Positions 7,407 through 17,419 of a DNA stretch of 64,000 nt are shown here, piece after piece (positions within the stretch are counted from its first letter, which is position 1; every line of letters starts with the position of its first letter). A model generated the notes under the pieces. The model made no database searches and was not told the DNA's origin. It saw only the letters and a program-made list of their open reading frames with translations. The position numbers and the translations under genes were made by a program. This stretch comes from Lysobacterales bacterium (GTDB lineage: Bacteria > Pseudomonadota > Gammaproteobacteria > Xanthomonadales > SZUA-36): the NCBI GenBank assembly GCA_021648125.1, contig JAKITK010000006.1:13640-77639 (forward strand), read 5' to 3'.

Positions 7407-9698
7407 CTAATCTGTGATGATTATGCCAGCGAGACTTGCATACTGTGATAGTAAAAAATCATCCTCTGGTAACCACCATTGCTTGGCGCTGCTTTTTAGT
7501 TTCAGCATAGTAGAATACGCATTCTTACTATCGCCTTTCAATGATTGATACAACGCTTTATTTTTTAAATATGGATATGGAGGCGGTGCTAGCGAGTCTA
7601 GTACAGTTAACCAATTAGATACTGACTCAGAAGTGCTATTTTGATTCAGCATGAATGAAAGATATGCATTTATAGCTTTTATAAGTGTGTAATTAAGGCT
7701 CTGTTGTTGATAGGCAAGCATACTTTCTTCAAATAATTCTTCGGCCATTATTGCTTGCTTGTTATGCGCAAATATTTGCGCTTTGACATATAAATGTGGC
7801 CCATTGGGGATAGACTCATCAAAGCTTGATAGTTGTTCTACGGAGATACTATCTTGCGTAGTGCGTAATTTATGCGCTGCTTGCAGTATCGCATAATTAA
7901 TATTTACATCTATACTCTCAACCTCCAGGGATAGTACGCCTGATTGTTGAAGAAACTCCTCAGCTCTTGCGGGGTTCCCTGTATTCATATGGTATTGGTA
8001 TTCAAAGCTCAAATATTCAGCCTTTAAATAAGGGTCTTCCAACAGCTTCAATTTATTATTGAAACTATCAAGTTTTTGCCGTGCAATCTCAAAGTTCCCA
8101 TATTCAAGGTCTATTTGGATTAACAACTTTAACGCATATAAACTAACCATAACCTCGGCATCACTAGTTGCAACAACTTTTTGCGCCGCAATATAGGCAT
8201 CCTCAAACCTTGCATACATCAACAGAGCATTCGCCCGATTGACCAATGCAATATTAACCGACCTTTTATTTCCAGATAATTTAGCCGCTTCATAAGCTAA
8301 TTCTGAATAATACAGGGCACTGTCAACATCAGAACTGTTGTTGTGTATTTCATATAAACCAGTGTAAATATTTGCCAATGTTGACTTTTGATAATTTTTG
8401 TCGACATAGAGCAGTGCTTCTTCAAGATTTTTACGTGCCTTATCAGGCAAAAACATAGCAGAATATATATAAGCTTGGTTAACCAGTGCCATTACCTGAA
8501 TCGTTGGGTCATGAAGCCTTTCGGAATAGGTCAAAGCCTCATCAAAGGCGGAGGATGCTTGACTAAGGTTGCCTAAATAGAAAAGCCCACCCGCTTTCAT
8601 ACTAAGAACCTGGAAACTTAAACGATCAGAGGCCCGAGATAAATCTATGTTTTCAATTATCTCCAGAGCTTTTTCAAACTGTCCTCTCTTTATATGCTGG
8701 CCGGCAAGTTGATTCCAGGCCTGAAAAAACAAAGGGTCTCTTACCACAGCCTGCTGGAGTGCCGCTATGGCTAAATCAGGTTTGTTCTCAAGCTCAAGCC
8801 TGATGGCCCTTAAGTAATCATTAAATGCACCTTCTGATCTAGTCATATCAGCAATATCAATAGTAGTTGATGCGCCTGTTTGTAATTGTTCAAACACCCA
8901 GACAGAAATTTTGTGAATCAATTCACGCATGCTTATTACTTCAAAGACCTTCAGTGGAACCATATAGTCGCCTTGGCGAAGTAACACATGCGCTTTGCTG
9001 CCATATTCATGAGTAATAACCTGTATATTCAGTACATAGTCGTAACCTAGGTCATGAACCATAGTGGTGCTTGTTTGTTTAAATGTCTCACCCGTAGAAG
9101 CACCCTTCTCCAATTTTACATTCAACCTGTCACTAATTAATAACTGTGATTTTAAAGCTTGGGCCATGACTCGTTGGCTGATTATGCTATCTTGATTACT
9201 ATCGGCAGGGTAAACAATTGCCATTCTCTCTACTTTTTGAGCGAGCTTTACATTTTTTTTCTTGATTGAATTTATTTGCAAAAAGGCAATAGCTATTACC
9301 AGTAGTAACAAAGCTGCCGATAATTTCAAATATAATGCTGATTTTGTAGAGCGCGACTTGGTATGCTCTACTGATTGCTCGGTTTGAGCAATGGTTTTCT
9401 TGACCTTTGCAACAAAAATAATACCGCGGCCATGTATTGTTTGTAATAGCTCTTCATCAGAAAGCTTGGTTAATAACTCCTCTTTTAGGCGCTTAACCTG
9501 TTTATACAAGGTGTTATCTGAAATAATGCGCCCACTCCAAACATTCTCTTTCAGAGTATCTTTGCTGATGACTTCGTTGGGGTTTTCCAGCAAGTAGACT
9601 AGCAAATCAAAATTAAGGGATGATGATTGAACCTTGTCCCCACCTTTATAGATGCATCGTTTTGTTGTATCTACAGTAATATCTAAAAAATGTAACAA
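7407..9698 (-). CDS. CadC/ToxR-like membrane-bound transcriptional regulator: OmpR/PhoB-type winged helix + TM + TPR-rich C-terminal domain
   Basis: N-terminal wHTH (LNFDLLVYLLENPNEVISKDTLKENVWSGRIISDNTLYKQVKRLKEEL), one TM helix (ALYLKLSAALLLLVIAIAFL), then ~600 aa of TPR-like helical repeats. No in-frame ATG near the 5' end; the track start at 9698 is TTG. Confidence 0.75.
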   Translation of the reverse strand: MLHFLDITVDTTKRCIYKGGDKVQSSSLNFDLLVYLLENPNEVISKDTLKENVWSGRIISDNTLYKQVKRLKEELLTKLSDEELLQTIHGRGIIFVAKVKKTIAQTEQSVEHTKSRSTKSALYLKLSAALLLLVIAIAFLQINSIKKKNVKLAQKVERMAIVYPADSNQDSIISQRVMAQALKSQLLISDRLNVKLEKGASTGETFKQTSTTMVHDLGYDYVLNIQVITHEYGSKAHVLLRQGDYMVPLKVFEVISMRELIHKISVWVFEQLQTGASTTIDIADMTRSEGAFNDYLRAIRLELENKPDLAIAALQQAVVRDPLFFQAWNQLAGQHIKRGQFEKALEIIENIDLSRASDRLSFQVLSMKAGGLFYLGNLSQASSAFDEALTYSERLHDPTIQVMALVNQAYIYSAMFLPDKARKNLEEALLYVDKNYQKSTLANIYTGLYEIHNNSSDVDSALYYSELAYEAAKLSGNKRSVNIALVNRANALLMYARFEDAYIAAQKVVATSDAEVMVSLYALKLLIQIDLEYGNFEIARQKLDSFNNKLKLLEDPYLKAEYLSFEYQYHMNTGNPARAEEFLQQSGVLSLEVESIDVNINYAILQAAHKLRTTQDSISVEQLSSFDESIPNGPHLYVKAQIFAHNKQAIMAEELFEESMLAYQQQSLNYTLIKAINAYLSFMLNQNSTSESVSNWLTVLDSLAPPPYPYLKNKALYQSLKGDSKNAYSTMLKLKSSAKQWWLPEDDFLLSQYASLAGIIITD

Positions 9699-9810
9699 GG
9701 CAGGTGTCCGTATTAAGTCCGTTTAATCTGATTGTCATCTTATCAGAATCCAAAGAGTGCTTTATGGGTGCATCAATACAGAGTTTGCACAGCCCTGAAG
9801 GTGTGGTATG

Positions 9811-9839
9811 AAAAAGCCGGAGCAGAACTCCGGCTTTTA
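9811..9839 (-). terminator. rho-independent terminator after the thiolase gene (hairpin AGCCGGAG/CTCCGGCT with flanking T/A runs, potentially bidirectional)
   Basis: Seen in sequence 20 nt downstream of the minus-strand stop at 9860. Confidence 0.7.
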
Positions 9840-9859
9840 CTAGTCAAGCCTGATTGGGT

Positions 9860-11038
9860 TTAGTTAAGAATTTCAAAAACGCCTGCTGCACCCATTCCAG
9901 TACCTATACACATAGTCACCATTCCATATTTGAGTTTTTTCTCTCGCATGGCGTGGATCATCTTAGTGCTGAGGATTGCGCCAGTTGCACCCAATGGATG
10001 CCCCAGTGAAATTGCGCCACCTAATGGATTGATTTTTTCCGGGTTTAGGCCGGTATCCTTGATCACCGCCAGCGCCTGAGCTGCAAAGGCTTCATTCAAT
10101 TCAATCCAGTCGAGGTCATCTTGATGAATTCCCGTTTGTTTTAGCACTTTGGGGATGGCGGCAATTGGGCCAATACCCATAATTTCCGGGGGTACGCCAG
10201 CAACCGAGAAACCACGAAATACGGCTAGAGGTTGCAGATTATATTCCTTAACTGCCGCTTCACTGGCTAGCATTAATGCAGCTGCGCCATCAGACATTTG
10301 CGAACTGTTGGCTGCAGTAACACTACCATTGGCTTTAAATACCGTGCGTAAGCGCGCGAGTATTTCCAGTGAGCTATCAGCTCGTGGGCCTTCATCGGCA
10401 CTAAACAGGCCCTCACGGACTTGCACCACTGAGCCATCCGTTTGATAAGAGCGGGTAGCAATGGGCACAATACCGGTCGCAACACCACTTTCCTGAGCTG
10501 CCAGTGCTTTTATATGGCTGTTATAGGCGAACTGATCCTGTGCTTCACGACTGATAGCGTATTTATCGGCTACATTTTCTGCAGTTATACCCATTCCATA
10601 AGCAATGTTGATATGCTCGCTGGAAAATAAAGCCGGATTCATTTCAACCTTGTTGCCCATCATCGGCACCATGGTCATTGATTCGGTACCACCGGCGAGC
10701 ATCAGATCGGCTTCGCCTAGACGAATTCGATCCGCAGCCATGGCAATGGTTTGCAGCCCGGATGAGCAAAAACGGTTCACTGTCACGCCTGGTACCGTAT
10801 CCGGTAATCCGGCTAATAACACGCCTATTCTGGCAATATTCATACCTTGCGGACCTTCCGGCATGGCACAACCAATAATCGCATCCTCAATACGAGCAGG
10901 ATCAATTTCACCCGCCGCACTAACGGCGTTCTGAATAACATGGGAAAGCATGTCATCGGGTCGAGTTTTGCTCAACGAACCACGGAAAGCTTTGCCAACC
11001 GGGGTGCGGGTAGCGGAAACAATATAAGCATCTTGCAT
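9860..11038 (-). CDS. fadA: acetyl-CoA C-acyltransferase (3-ketoacyl-CoA thiolase)
   Basis: 392 aa. Thiolase signatures NRFCSSGLQ (active-site Cys), NEAFAAQ, GGAISLGHPLGATG and CIGTGMG. Confidence 0.9.
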   Translation of the reverse strand: MQDAYIVSATRTPVGKAFRGSLSKTRPDDMLSHVIQNAVSAAGEIDPARIEDAIIGCAMPEGPQGMNIARIGVLLAGLPDTVPGVTVNRFCSSGLQTIAMAADRIRLGEADLMLAGGTESMTMVPMMGNKVEMNPALFSSEHINIAYGMGITAENVADKYAISREAQDQFAYNSHIKALAAQESGVATGIVPIATRSYQTDGSVVQVREGLFSADEGPRADSSLEILARLRTVFKANGSVTAANSSQMSDGAAALMLASEAAVKEYNLQPLAVFRGFSVAGVPPEIMGIGPIAAIPKVLKQTGIHQDDLDWIELNEAFAAQALAVIKDTGLNPEKINPLGGAISLGHPLGATGAILSTKMIHAMREKKLKYGMVTMCIGTGMGAAGVFEILN

Positions 11039-11115
11039 TCTAAATTACTCCTGAATTCTCTTATTACATTCTTATTGGATTCTTATGTCAGCACATATGG
11101 CTGATTAGTTGCCGA

Positions 11116-13482
11116 TTAATTTCGTAAAGGTTTGCCGTTTTTTAGCATGAAAGCGACTCGCTCGAGTGTTTTTGGCATCTGTGCCAGTTCAAGGAAGTTG
11201 TCCCGCTCGAGTTTTATTAACCAGTCTTCGTCAACTCTAGATTCGGCATCGACTTCTCCGCCACAAAGTACAGTTGCTACACGCTCAGAAACTACATAAT
11301 CGTGAGCGGAAATAAAGTTACCGGCTTGCATATTGACCAATGCAGCGCGGAAATTTGCTATTCCAGTCCGCCCGGCAACTGCGTGTTTGATGTAGCGTAA
11401 CGGTGGACGGTAGCCGGATTCCGCCATGGCTTTGACTTGCTGATGGGCAACAAAAAGCGTTTCTTCCGTATTCATAATCACTACATCGGTAGGGCGCAGG
11501 TAACCAAACTTTACAGCCTCGTGGGCGCTGGCGGTCACTTTGCCCATTGCGATTTGTTCAAAATATTGCTGCAACAATGCGGAAGAATCCCCCGCAACGG
11601 TATTAATACGGGAACGCAGCGCCAGCTCCTTGGTGCCACCCCCCGCAGGTAGTAGGCCTACACCGGCTTCTACCAGTCCGATATAGCTTTCGTGGGCGGC
11701 AACAACACGAGCGCAATGCATTAGAATTTCAGCACCGCCACCTAATGCCAACCCGCGCACGGCGGCAACGGTGGGTACAAGGGCATACTTTAGGCGTAAA
11801 TTCACCCGTTGGAAACCATCAATCATTGCATCAAGGTCGTCAATCCGGCCTTCTTTCACCATAGTGGCCATGCCAAACAAATCGGCACCGGCGCAGAAGG
11901 GTCCTTTGGGTTGCCAAATCACCAAGCCAGTGTATTTTGCCTCTGCTGTATCGATGGCGGTATTCATATCGGCAACCAGCGCATCATTGACAGTGTTCAT
12001 TTTGGTTTTAAAACTAAGAATGGCGACTTTGCCATCTAGTGTCCATAGCCTGCTGGCATCCGTTTCAATGATGGTTTCGCCGTGCTCTGTTGGCTCACCC
12101 AATAAACGCTGTGGCTGTAATTGTCTGCTGTATACCGGCAAGTTTGAACGCGGGCTGTACTCACCCCGTGCCGCCGACCAAGAACCCTGAATGCCGTGCA
12201 CGCCTTCACGCCCATCGCTAGCCCAGGCGGGCAGGGCGATATTGGCCATGCTCTTGCCCTGATCTATATCGGCGTTAATCCAATCGCAGACCTGTTGCCA
12301 ACCTGCAGCTTGCCAAATTTCAAAGGGGCCCTGTTTCCAGCCATAACCCCAACGAATGGCTTCATCCAGTTCGCGGGCACTATCGGCAATTTTGCCGAGA
12401 TGGAAAGCACAGTAATGAAATAGATCCCGGAACATTGCCCACAGGAATTTAGCTTCGCGTGCCTCACTATTGCGCAAAGCTGCCAGTTTTTCACCCCAGT
12501 CACGAATTTTTAATATAGTTTTGACTTCATCCGGCAAGCTGTAATCGGCTGGCCGGTAATGATGGCCGTCTAGAACTTCGATCACTTTTCCTTGTTTGCG
12601 GAATACACCCTGGCGGGTTTTTTGACCTAGATCGCCTTTTTGAATCAGGTAGTCCAGCCATTCGGGTTTTTGATAATATTTCGCCCAAGGGTCATTTGGC
12701 AGGGTGTTGGTCAGGGTGCTAATAGTGTGTCCCATTGTATCCAAACCCACGACATCGGCGGTACGGTAAGTGGCGCTTTTCGGGCGGCCGATAGCAGGGC
12801 CGGTGAGGGCATCAATGGTATCAAAACCAAGGTTGAAACCTTTGGTGTGATGCATGGTTGCCAGCATTGAAAACATACCAATACGATTGGCAATAAAGTT
12901 TGGTGTGTCTTCGGCGCGTACAACACCTTTACCCAGAGTTGTAATTGAGAAGGCTTCAAGTGCATCTAGTACCCAGGCATCCGTACCGGCATGCGGGATG
13001 ATTTCAGCTAGGTTCATATAGCGTGGCGGGTTAAAGAAATGGATGCCGCAGAAGCGGTGCCGCAGCGACTCTGGAAGTACGGTTGCCAGTTCACCGATAC
13101 CAAGCCCCGATGTATTGGTAGCTAGAATGGCATTTTCGCCAATATGGTTTTCGATTTTATCGTAAAGGTCTTTTTTCCAGTCCATCCGTTCGCCAATGGC
13201 TTCGATCACAAGATCACAGTCATCCAACAAATGCAGGTGCTGATCATAGTTTGCAGGAATAATAAGCTTTGTGACTTGTGAAAACCCGAGGGGTGAGGGT
13301 TTGAGTTTTTTCAGGCCGGCAATGGCCTTATTCACCAAGGCGTTAGGGTCACCTTCTTTTGCCGCGAGCTCGAAAAGTACGGTTTCAATACCTGAGTTGA
13401 CCAGATGGGCGGCGATTTGCGCACCCATGACACCGGCTCCGAGAACCGCTGCGCGGCGAACATGATTCATTTTGTTATTCAT
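11116..13482 (-). CDS. bifunctional 3-hydroxyacyl-CoA dehydrogenase (N-terminal) / enoyl-CoA hydratase-isomerase (C-terminal) family protein
   Basis: 788 aa. Rossmann motif AAVLGAGVMGAQIA at the N-terminus and a crotonase-fold block (WQPKGPFCAGADL...GLALGGGAEI) in the C-terminal third. Confidence 0.9.
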   Translation of the reverse strand: MNNKMNHVRRAAVLGAGVMGAQIAAHLVNSGIETVLFELAAKEGDPNALVNKAIAGLKKLKPSPLGFSQVTKLIIPANYDQHLHLLDDCDLVIEAIGERMDWKKDLYDKIENHIGENAILATNTSGLGIGELATVLPESLRHRFCGIHFFNPPRYMNLAEIIPHAGTDAWVLDALEAFSITTLGKGVVRAEDTPNFIANRIGMFSMLATMHHTKGFNLGFDTIDALTGPAIGRPKSATYRTADVVGLDTMGHTISTLTNTLPNDPWAKYYQKPEWLDYLIQKGDLGQKTRQGVFRKQGKVIEVLDGHHYRPADYSLPDEVKTILKIRDWGEKLAALRNSEAREAKFLWAMFRDLFHYCAFHLGKIADSARELDEAIRWGYGWKQGPFEIWQAAGWQQVCDWINADIDQGKSMANIALPAWASDGREGVHGIQGSWSAARGEYSPRSNLPVYSRQLQPQRLLGEPTEHGETIIETDASRLWTLDGKVAILSFKTKMNTVNDALVADMNTAIDTAEAKYTGLVIWQPKGPFCAGADLFGMATMVKEGRIDDLDAMIDGFQRVNLRLKYALVPTVAAVRGLALGGGAEILMHCARVVAAHESYIGLVEAGVGLLPAGGGTKELALRSRINTVAGDSSALLQQYFEQIAMGKVTASAHEAVKFGYLRPTDVVIMNTEETLFVAHQQVKAMAESGYRPPLRYIKHAVAGRTGIANFRAALVNMQAGNFISAHDYVVSERVATVLCGGEVDAESRVDEDWLIKLERDNFLELAQMPKTLERVAFMLKNGKPLRN

Positions 13483-13542
13483 CTTGCTTCCTTTGGTTAA
13501 ACTAATTTTGTTTGTTTATAAAATATTTAGATTCGACAGGGT

Positions 13543-15978
13543 TTACATTGGTGTTGCATCTGCGGGAAATTCATCGACGCTAATAACCTTGATTGCAAGC
13601 ACTTGGGCTGTGCGCACTAATTCCGCTTGGTCTTGAGTAATAATGCTAGTTGCCAAACCGCGCTCAATCAGGTTTTCATAATTGGTAATACTGACAGCCT
13701 CTTTAAAGGCATTCTTCAATGCGCGCTCCGGTACAACGGCCTTTCTGTCGGCCGCAAAAGCTTGCATCAATAAGCCGGTGGCATCGTCTTTGTCAGAGAT
13801 ATACAAGCCCTCCATTAAGCGATCACGACTAGGGCAATCGGTTAATAACAGGCGTGCCACATGCTTGCCACAGGTATCTCTGGGGCCTTCATAGGGTAGG
13901 CCTAAGGGGAAAATTACTAGGCGGATCAACTTGCCCACAAATGGCATGGGGTAGTTGCGTAAAATTCCCACAATCCGAGTTTGCATGATATATAAGCTGT
14001 CCTGCATTGCCCAGTGTACCAATGGCATATCTTCTTTTGGCTGCCCATCGTCCTCAAACTTCTTCAGCACAGCGGATGCCAGATAAAGATGGGAGAGTAT
14101 GTCAGCCAACCGTCCGGAGGTTTTTTCTTTGAATTTGAAGCTGCCGCCATAGGTTGCCAGAATGAAATCGGCGATAAATGCAAACGCGGAACTCATCCGT
14201 GTGAGTTGTCGATAGTAACGAGCCGTTGGCCCTTGTATTGGTGCGCGAACCCATCTGGCACTGCTAATCCCTAGTACAAAGGCTCTAACTTTGTTGCTTA
14301 TGACAAAGCCAATATGCCCGAACAGCGCCCGATCGAAGCTCGCTAAACCATGGTTTTCATCCGGGTTTGCGGCGGCTTCCATTTCCTGTAATAACCACGG
14401 ATGGCAGCGAATAGCGCCCTGGCCGAAAATAATCATGCTACGGGTTAAAATATTTGCGCCCTCAACTGTGATCGCAACCGGGGTTGATTTGTAGACTGTA
14501 GAAAGATAGTTATTTGGTCCTTCAATAATTCCCTTGCCACCGTGAATATCCATCGCATCATTGATGACCAGACGAGCACCTTCAGTTAATTGTTGCTTAA
14601 GTATGGCGGATAATACTGAGGGTTTCTCTCCTTCCATCAAGGCTGCCAGCGTTAATTGTCTGCCGGCGTCCATCCGGTAGGCGTTACCACCAATCCGGGC
14701 GAGGGGTTCTTCAATGCCTTCAAAATAGCCGATGGGCATACTAAATTGACGGCGAATTCTTGCATAAGCACCGGAAAAGATAGCAGCGGCTTTACCACCG
14801 GCTGTTCCCAGAGCCGGCAGGGAAATTGCCCGACCTGCAGCTAGTGATTGCATCAGCATACGCCAGCCCTGACCAATGCGCGCCTGACCACCAATGATCC
14901 AATCCATGGGAATAAAAACATCTTTACCACGGGTGGGCCCATTCATAAACGCGGAGCCGATGGGTATATGCCGGGCGCCAATTTCTACCCCGGGGGTTGA
15001 TGCGGGTATTAATGCACAGGTAATGCCGAGATCCTTTTGGTTGCCGAGTAGACCGTTTGGATCAACAGCTCGGAATGCCAGGCCCAGCAGCGTTGCAACC
15101 GGCGCCAGAGTAATGTAACGCTTGTCCCAGGTAACGCTGAGCCCGAGAACTTCCTTGCCTTCAAATTCGCCCATACAGACCACACCCTCATCCGGCATTC
15201 CGGCTGCATCAGAGCCAGCGGCAGGGGCGGTTAGTGCGAAGCAGGGGATATCTTCGGAGCTCGCCAAGCGTGGCAGGTAATAATCTTTTTGTTCCTCTGT
15301 ACCATAATGCATCAGCAGTTCACCGGGCCCCAGCGAATTGGGCACCATAACCGTAACTGCGGCGGTAACATTGCGTGATGAAATCATCATCACGATAGCA
15401 GAATTGGCAAAAGCAGAAAACTCAAGCCCGCCATACGCTTTTGGAATAATCATACTAAAGAAGCGATGCTCTTTTAGGTAGCCCCAGATTTCCTTTGGAA
15501 GGTCATTGTTCTGTCTTACTTCCCATTCGTCCAGCATTCCGCACAGGGTCTTAACAGGTCCGTCAATAAAGGCTTGTTCTTCTTCGGTTAATTCTGGTTT
15601 TTTTACTTCAAGCAGTTTCTTCCACTTGGGTTTTCCGGAAAAAAGTTCAGCATCCCACCAAACCGTACCGGCCTCAAGTGCTTCACGCTCGGTATCGGAC
15701 ATCGTTGGCAGTACCCCTTTAAACCAACTAAACAGGGGTTTAGATACTAATTTCCGACGCAGAGGAATGATGCTTAAAAACCCAAGAATGAGTGTTATTA
15801 ACAAGGGTAATAGCATAATCCATAGTGGTTGGTAAAAACTTTGGTGGCCGAAGAAACCGAGTGTTGTAACTGCCGCCATACTCCCAAGCCAAATCAGTAG
15901 CGGCGCGCGAAAGTAGGCCAAGGATATAATTATACTCAGCAGGACGGTGATGTGTAGCAGTGCGATAAGAATACTCAT
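13543..15978 (-). CDS. fadE: long (FadE-type) acyl-CoA dehydrogenase with N-terminal membrane segments
   Basis: 811 aa, the size class of E. coli FadE. Hydrophobic N-terminus, then ACAD core blocks (FALTAPAAGSDA, GPGELL, ITVEGANILTR). Confidence 0.9.
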   Translation of the reverse strand: MSILIALLHITVLLSIIISLAYFRAPLLIWLGSMAAVTTLGFFGHQSFYQPLWIMLLPLLITLILGFLSIIPLRRKLVSKPLFSWFKGVLPTMSDTEREALEAGTVWWDAELFSGKPKWKKLLEVKKPELTEEEQAFIDGPVKTLCGMLDEWEVRQNNDLPKEIWGYLKEHRFFSMIIPKAYGGLEFSAFANSAIVMMISSRNVTAAVTVMVPNSLGPGELLMHYGTEEQKDYYLPRLASSEDIPCFALTAPAAGSDAAGMPDEGVVCMGEFEGKEVLGLSVTWDKRYITLAPVATLLGLAFRAVDPNGLLGNQKDLGITCALIPASTPGVEIGARHIPIGSAFMNGPTRGKDVFIPMDWIIGGQARIGQGWRMLMQSLAAGRAISLPALGTAGGKAAAIFSGAYARIRRQFSMPIGYFEGIEEPLARIGGNAYRMDAGRQLTLAALMEGEKPSVLSAILKQQLTEGARLVINDAMDIHGGKGIIEGPNNYLSTVYKSTPVAITVEGANILTRSMIIFGQGAIRCHPWLLQEMEAAANPDENHGLASFDRALFGHIGFVISNKVRAFVLGISSARWVRAPIQGPTARYYRQLTRMSSAFAFIADFILATYGGSFKFKEKTSGRLADILSHLYLASAVLKKFEDDGQPKEDMPLVHWAMQDSLYIMQTRIVGILRNYPMPFVGKLIRLVIFPLGLPYEGPRDTCGKHVARLLLTDCPSRDRLMEGLYISDKDDATGLLMQAFAADRKAVVPERALKNAFKEAVSITNYENLIERGLATSIITQDQAELVRTAQVLAIKVISVDEFPADATPM

Positions 15979-16679
15979 TAGGGTTTTCCGTGTTCTTGAA
16001 TTGAATTGGTGATTTGAACAGCAGTATTGCCACCCAAATTAAACAGGTCTTTTTGCGCCAAGGATGGCTGAAAACTGCGTATTCCCGCAGCTGCAAAGGC
16101 CACTAGACGATCAGCTTCATTTATTGCTCCCGATTCTGGGTTTTCGGAGTTACTAAAATGCCCGCTAAAATCAGCCATTACATAGGTTAGGGCACCAATC
16201 ACAAAGTCCAGTTGCCAACGCAATTCCTTGGCGGGCATATCTGGCATTATTGCTTGGATTGTTTGCGCAAAGCGTTTCATTACATGTCCATATTCTGTGG
16301 CCAAAAAGCTATGCAGTTCTTCATTGTTCTCGGCATATATTCTGGCAATCAGCTTCACAAATCGGGCCCCTCCGGTTTGTTGGTCCCGTGATAGTTTCAG
16401 TGCAGGGTATATCAAGGCCCGTAGAACCTCTTCAAGGTAAATCGGCTGGTTTGTTGAAGTTACTTTAGCCAGTCGGTGTAGGCGTTCTTTATTCAGGCTA
16501 TCCATATGATGTCTGAATACTTCCACCACAAGCAATTGTTTGTTTCCAAAATGATAATTTACAGCAGCAAGATTAACCCCTGCGTGGCAGGTTATTTCCC
16601 GAAGCGAAGTACAAGCAATTCCCTGTTCTGAGAATAAGGTTTCAGCGGACAATAATATTTTCTGCTGGGTGCTTGGCAT
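15978..16679 (-). CDS. TetR family transcriptional regulator, PsrA-like (fatty-acid responsive)
   Basis: HTH block SLREITCHAGVNLAAVNYHFGNKQLL closely resembles the block I recall from Pseudomonas PsrA (AGVNLAAVNYHFGSK). Its stop TAA overlaps the fadE ATG (TAATG). Confidence 0.8.
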   Translation of the reverse strand: MPSTQQKILLSAETLFSEQGIACTSLREITCHAGVNLAAVNYHFGNKQLLVVEVFRHHMDSLNKERLHRLAKVTSTNQPIYLEEVLRALIYPALKLSRDQQTGGARFVKLIARIYAENNEELHSFLATEYGHVMKRFAQTIQAIMPDMPAKELRWQLDFVIGALTYVMADFSGHFSNSENPESGAINEADRLVAFAAAGIRSFQPSLAQKDLFNLGGNTAVQITNSIQEHGKP

Positions 16680-16707
16680 GCTTATACTTTAGCGAATATT
16701 CTAGATT

Positions 16708-16721
16708 CAAACAAGTGTTTT
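16708..16721. promoter_or_regulatory. candidate PsrA-type operator CAAAC-AAGT-GTTTT
   Basis: Matches the published PsrA half-site arrangement (G/C)AAAC-N2-4-GTTT(G/C) except for the last base. Lies ~30 bp upstream of the TetR gene start. Confidence 0.4.
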
Positions 16722-16979
16722 AATTAAGCGTATGAAAACAATTCGAATGTTTTCGGAAATCGCGAACAAACAGATACTAAGTACAGTAATCGAAAGCTAC
16801 TGCACTTAGGTGTTATATCTTATGTTCTAGCAGCTCCCTGGCCCTGAAGTTAAAGGCGTTTGTAATTGCTTAAACCTTCCTCTGAGGCTACAATGGCACG
16901 GATTTTTCACGGTTTTTGATTTTACATATTAAGATCAATGAATCACTACTGTTATCAACAAGATATAAGGAAGCTTTAA

Positions 16980-17405
16980 GTGTCTATCGAGAGAACATTT
17001 TCAATCATAAAACCCGATGCCGTAGCAAAAAATGTTATTGGTCAGATTTACAGCCGCTTCGAGCAGGCCGGGCTGAAGATTATTGCATCCCAGTACCGCC
17101 AGCTTTCAACTGCTGAAGCCGAAGGTTTTTATGCGGTTCATAGCGAGCGCCCATTTTTCGCCGACCTGGTTAAGTTTATGACATCGGGCCCAGTGATGCT
17201 GCAAGTTCTTGAAGGTGAGGATGCTATTGCTACTAACCGCAAACTTATGGGTGCGACTAACCCGATGGAAGCAGAGTCCGGTACTATTCGTGCCGATTTT
17301 GCCGAAAGCATTGATGCCAATGCTGTTCATGGTTCAGATGCAGCGGAAACTGCGGCCGAGGAAATCGCATATTTCTTCAGCGGTTGTGATATTCACTCAC
17401 GCTAG
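16980..17405 (+). CDS. ndk: nucleoside-diphosphate kinase
   Basis: 141 aa, GTG start. [12 protein letters not shown]...NAVHGSD are canonical Ndk blocks. Confidence 0.95.
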   Translation: MSIERTFSIIKPDAVAKNVIGQIYSRFEQAGLKIIASQYRQLSTAEAEGFYAVHSERPFFADLVKFMTSGPVMLQVLEGEDAIATNRKLMGATNPMEAESGTIRADFAESIDANAVHGSDAAETAAEEIAYFFSGCDIHSR

Positions 17406-17419
17406 TTTGTTAGTGCCTT

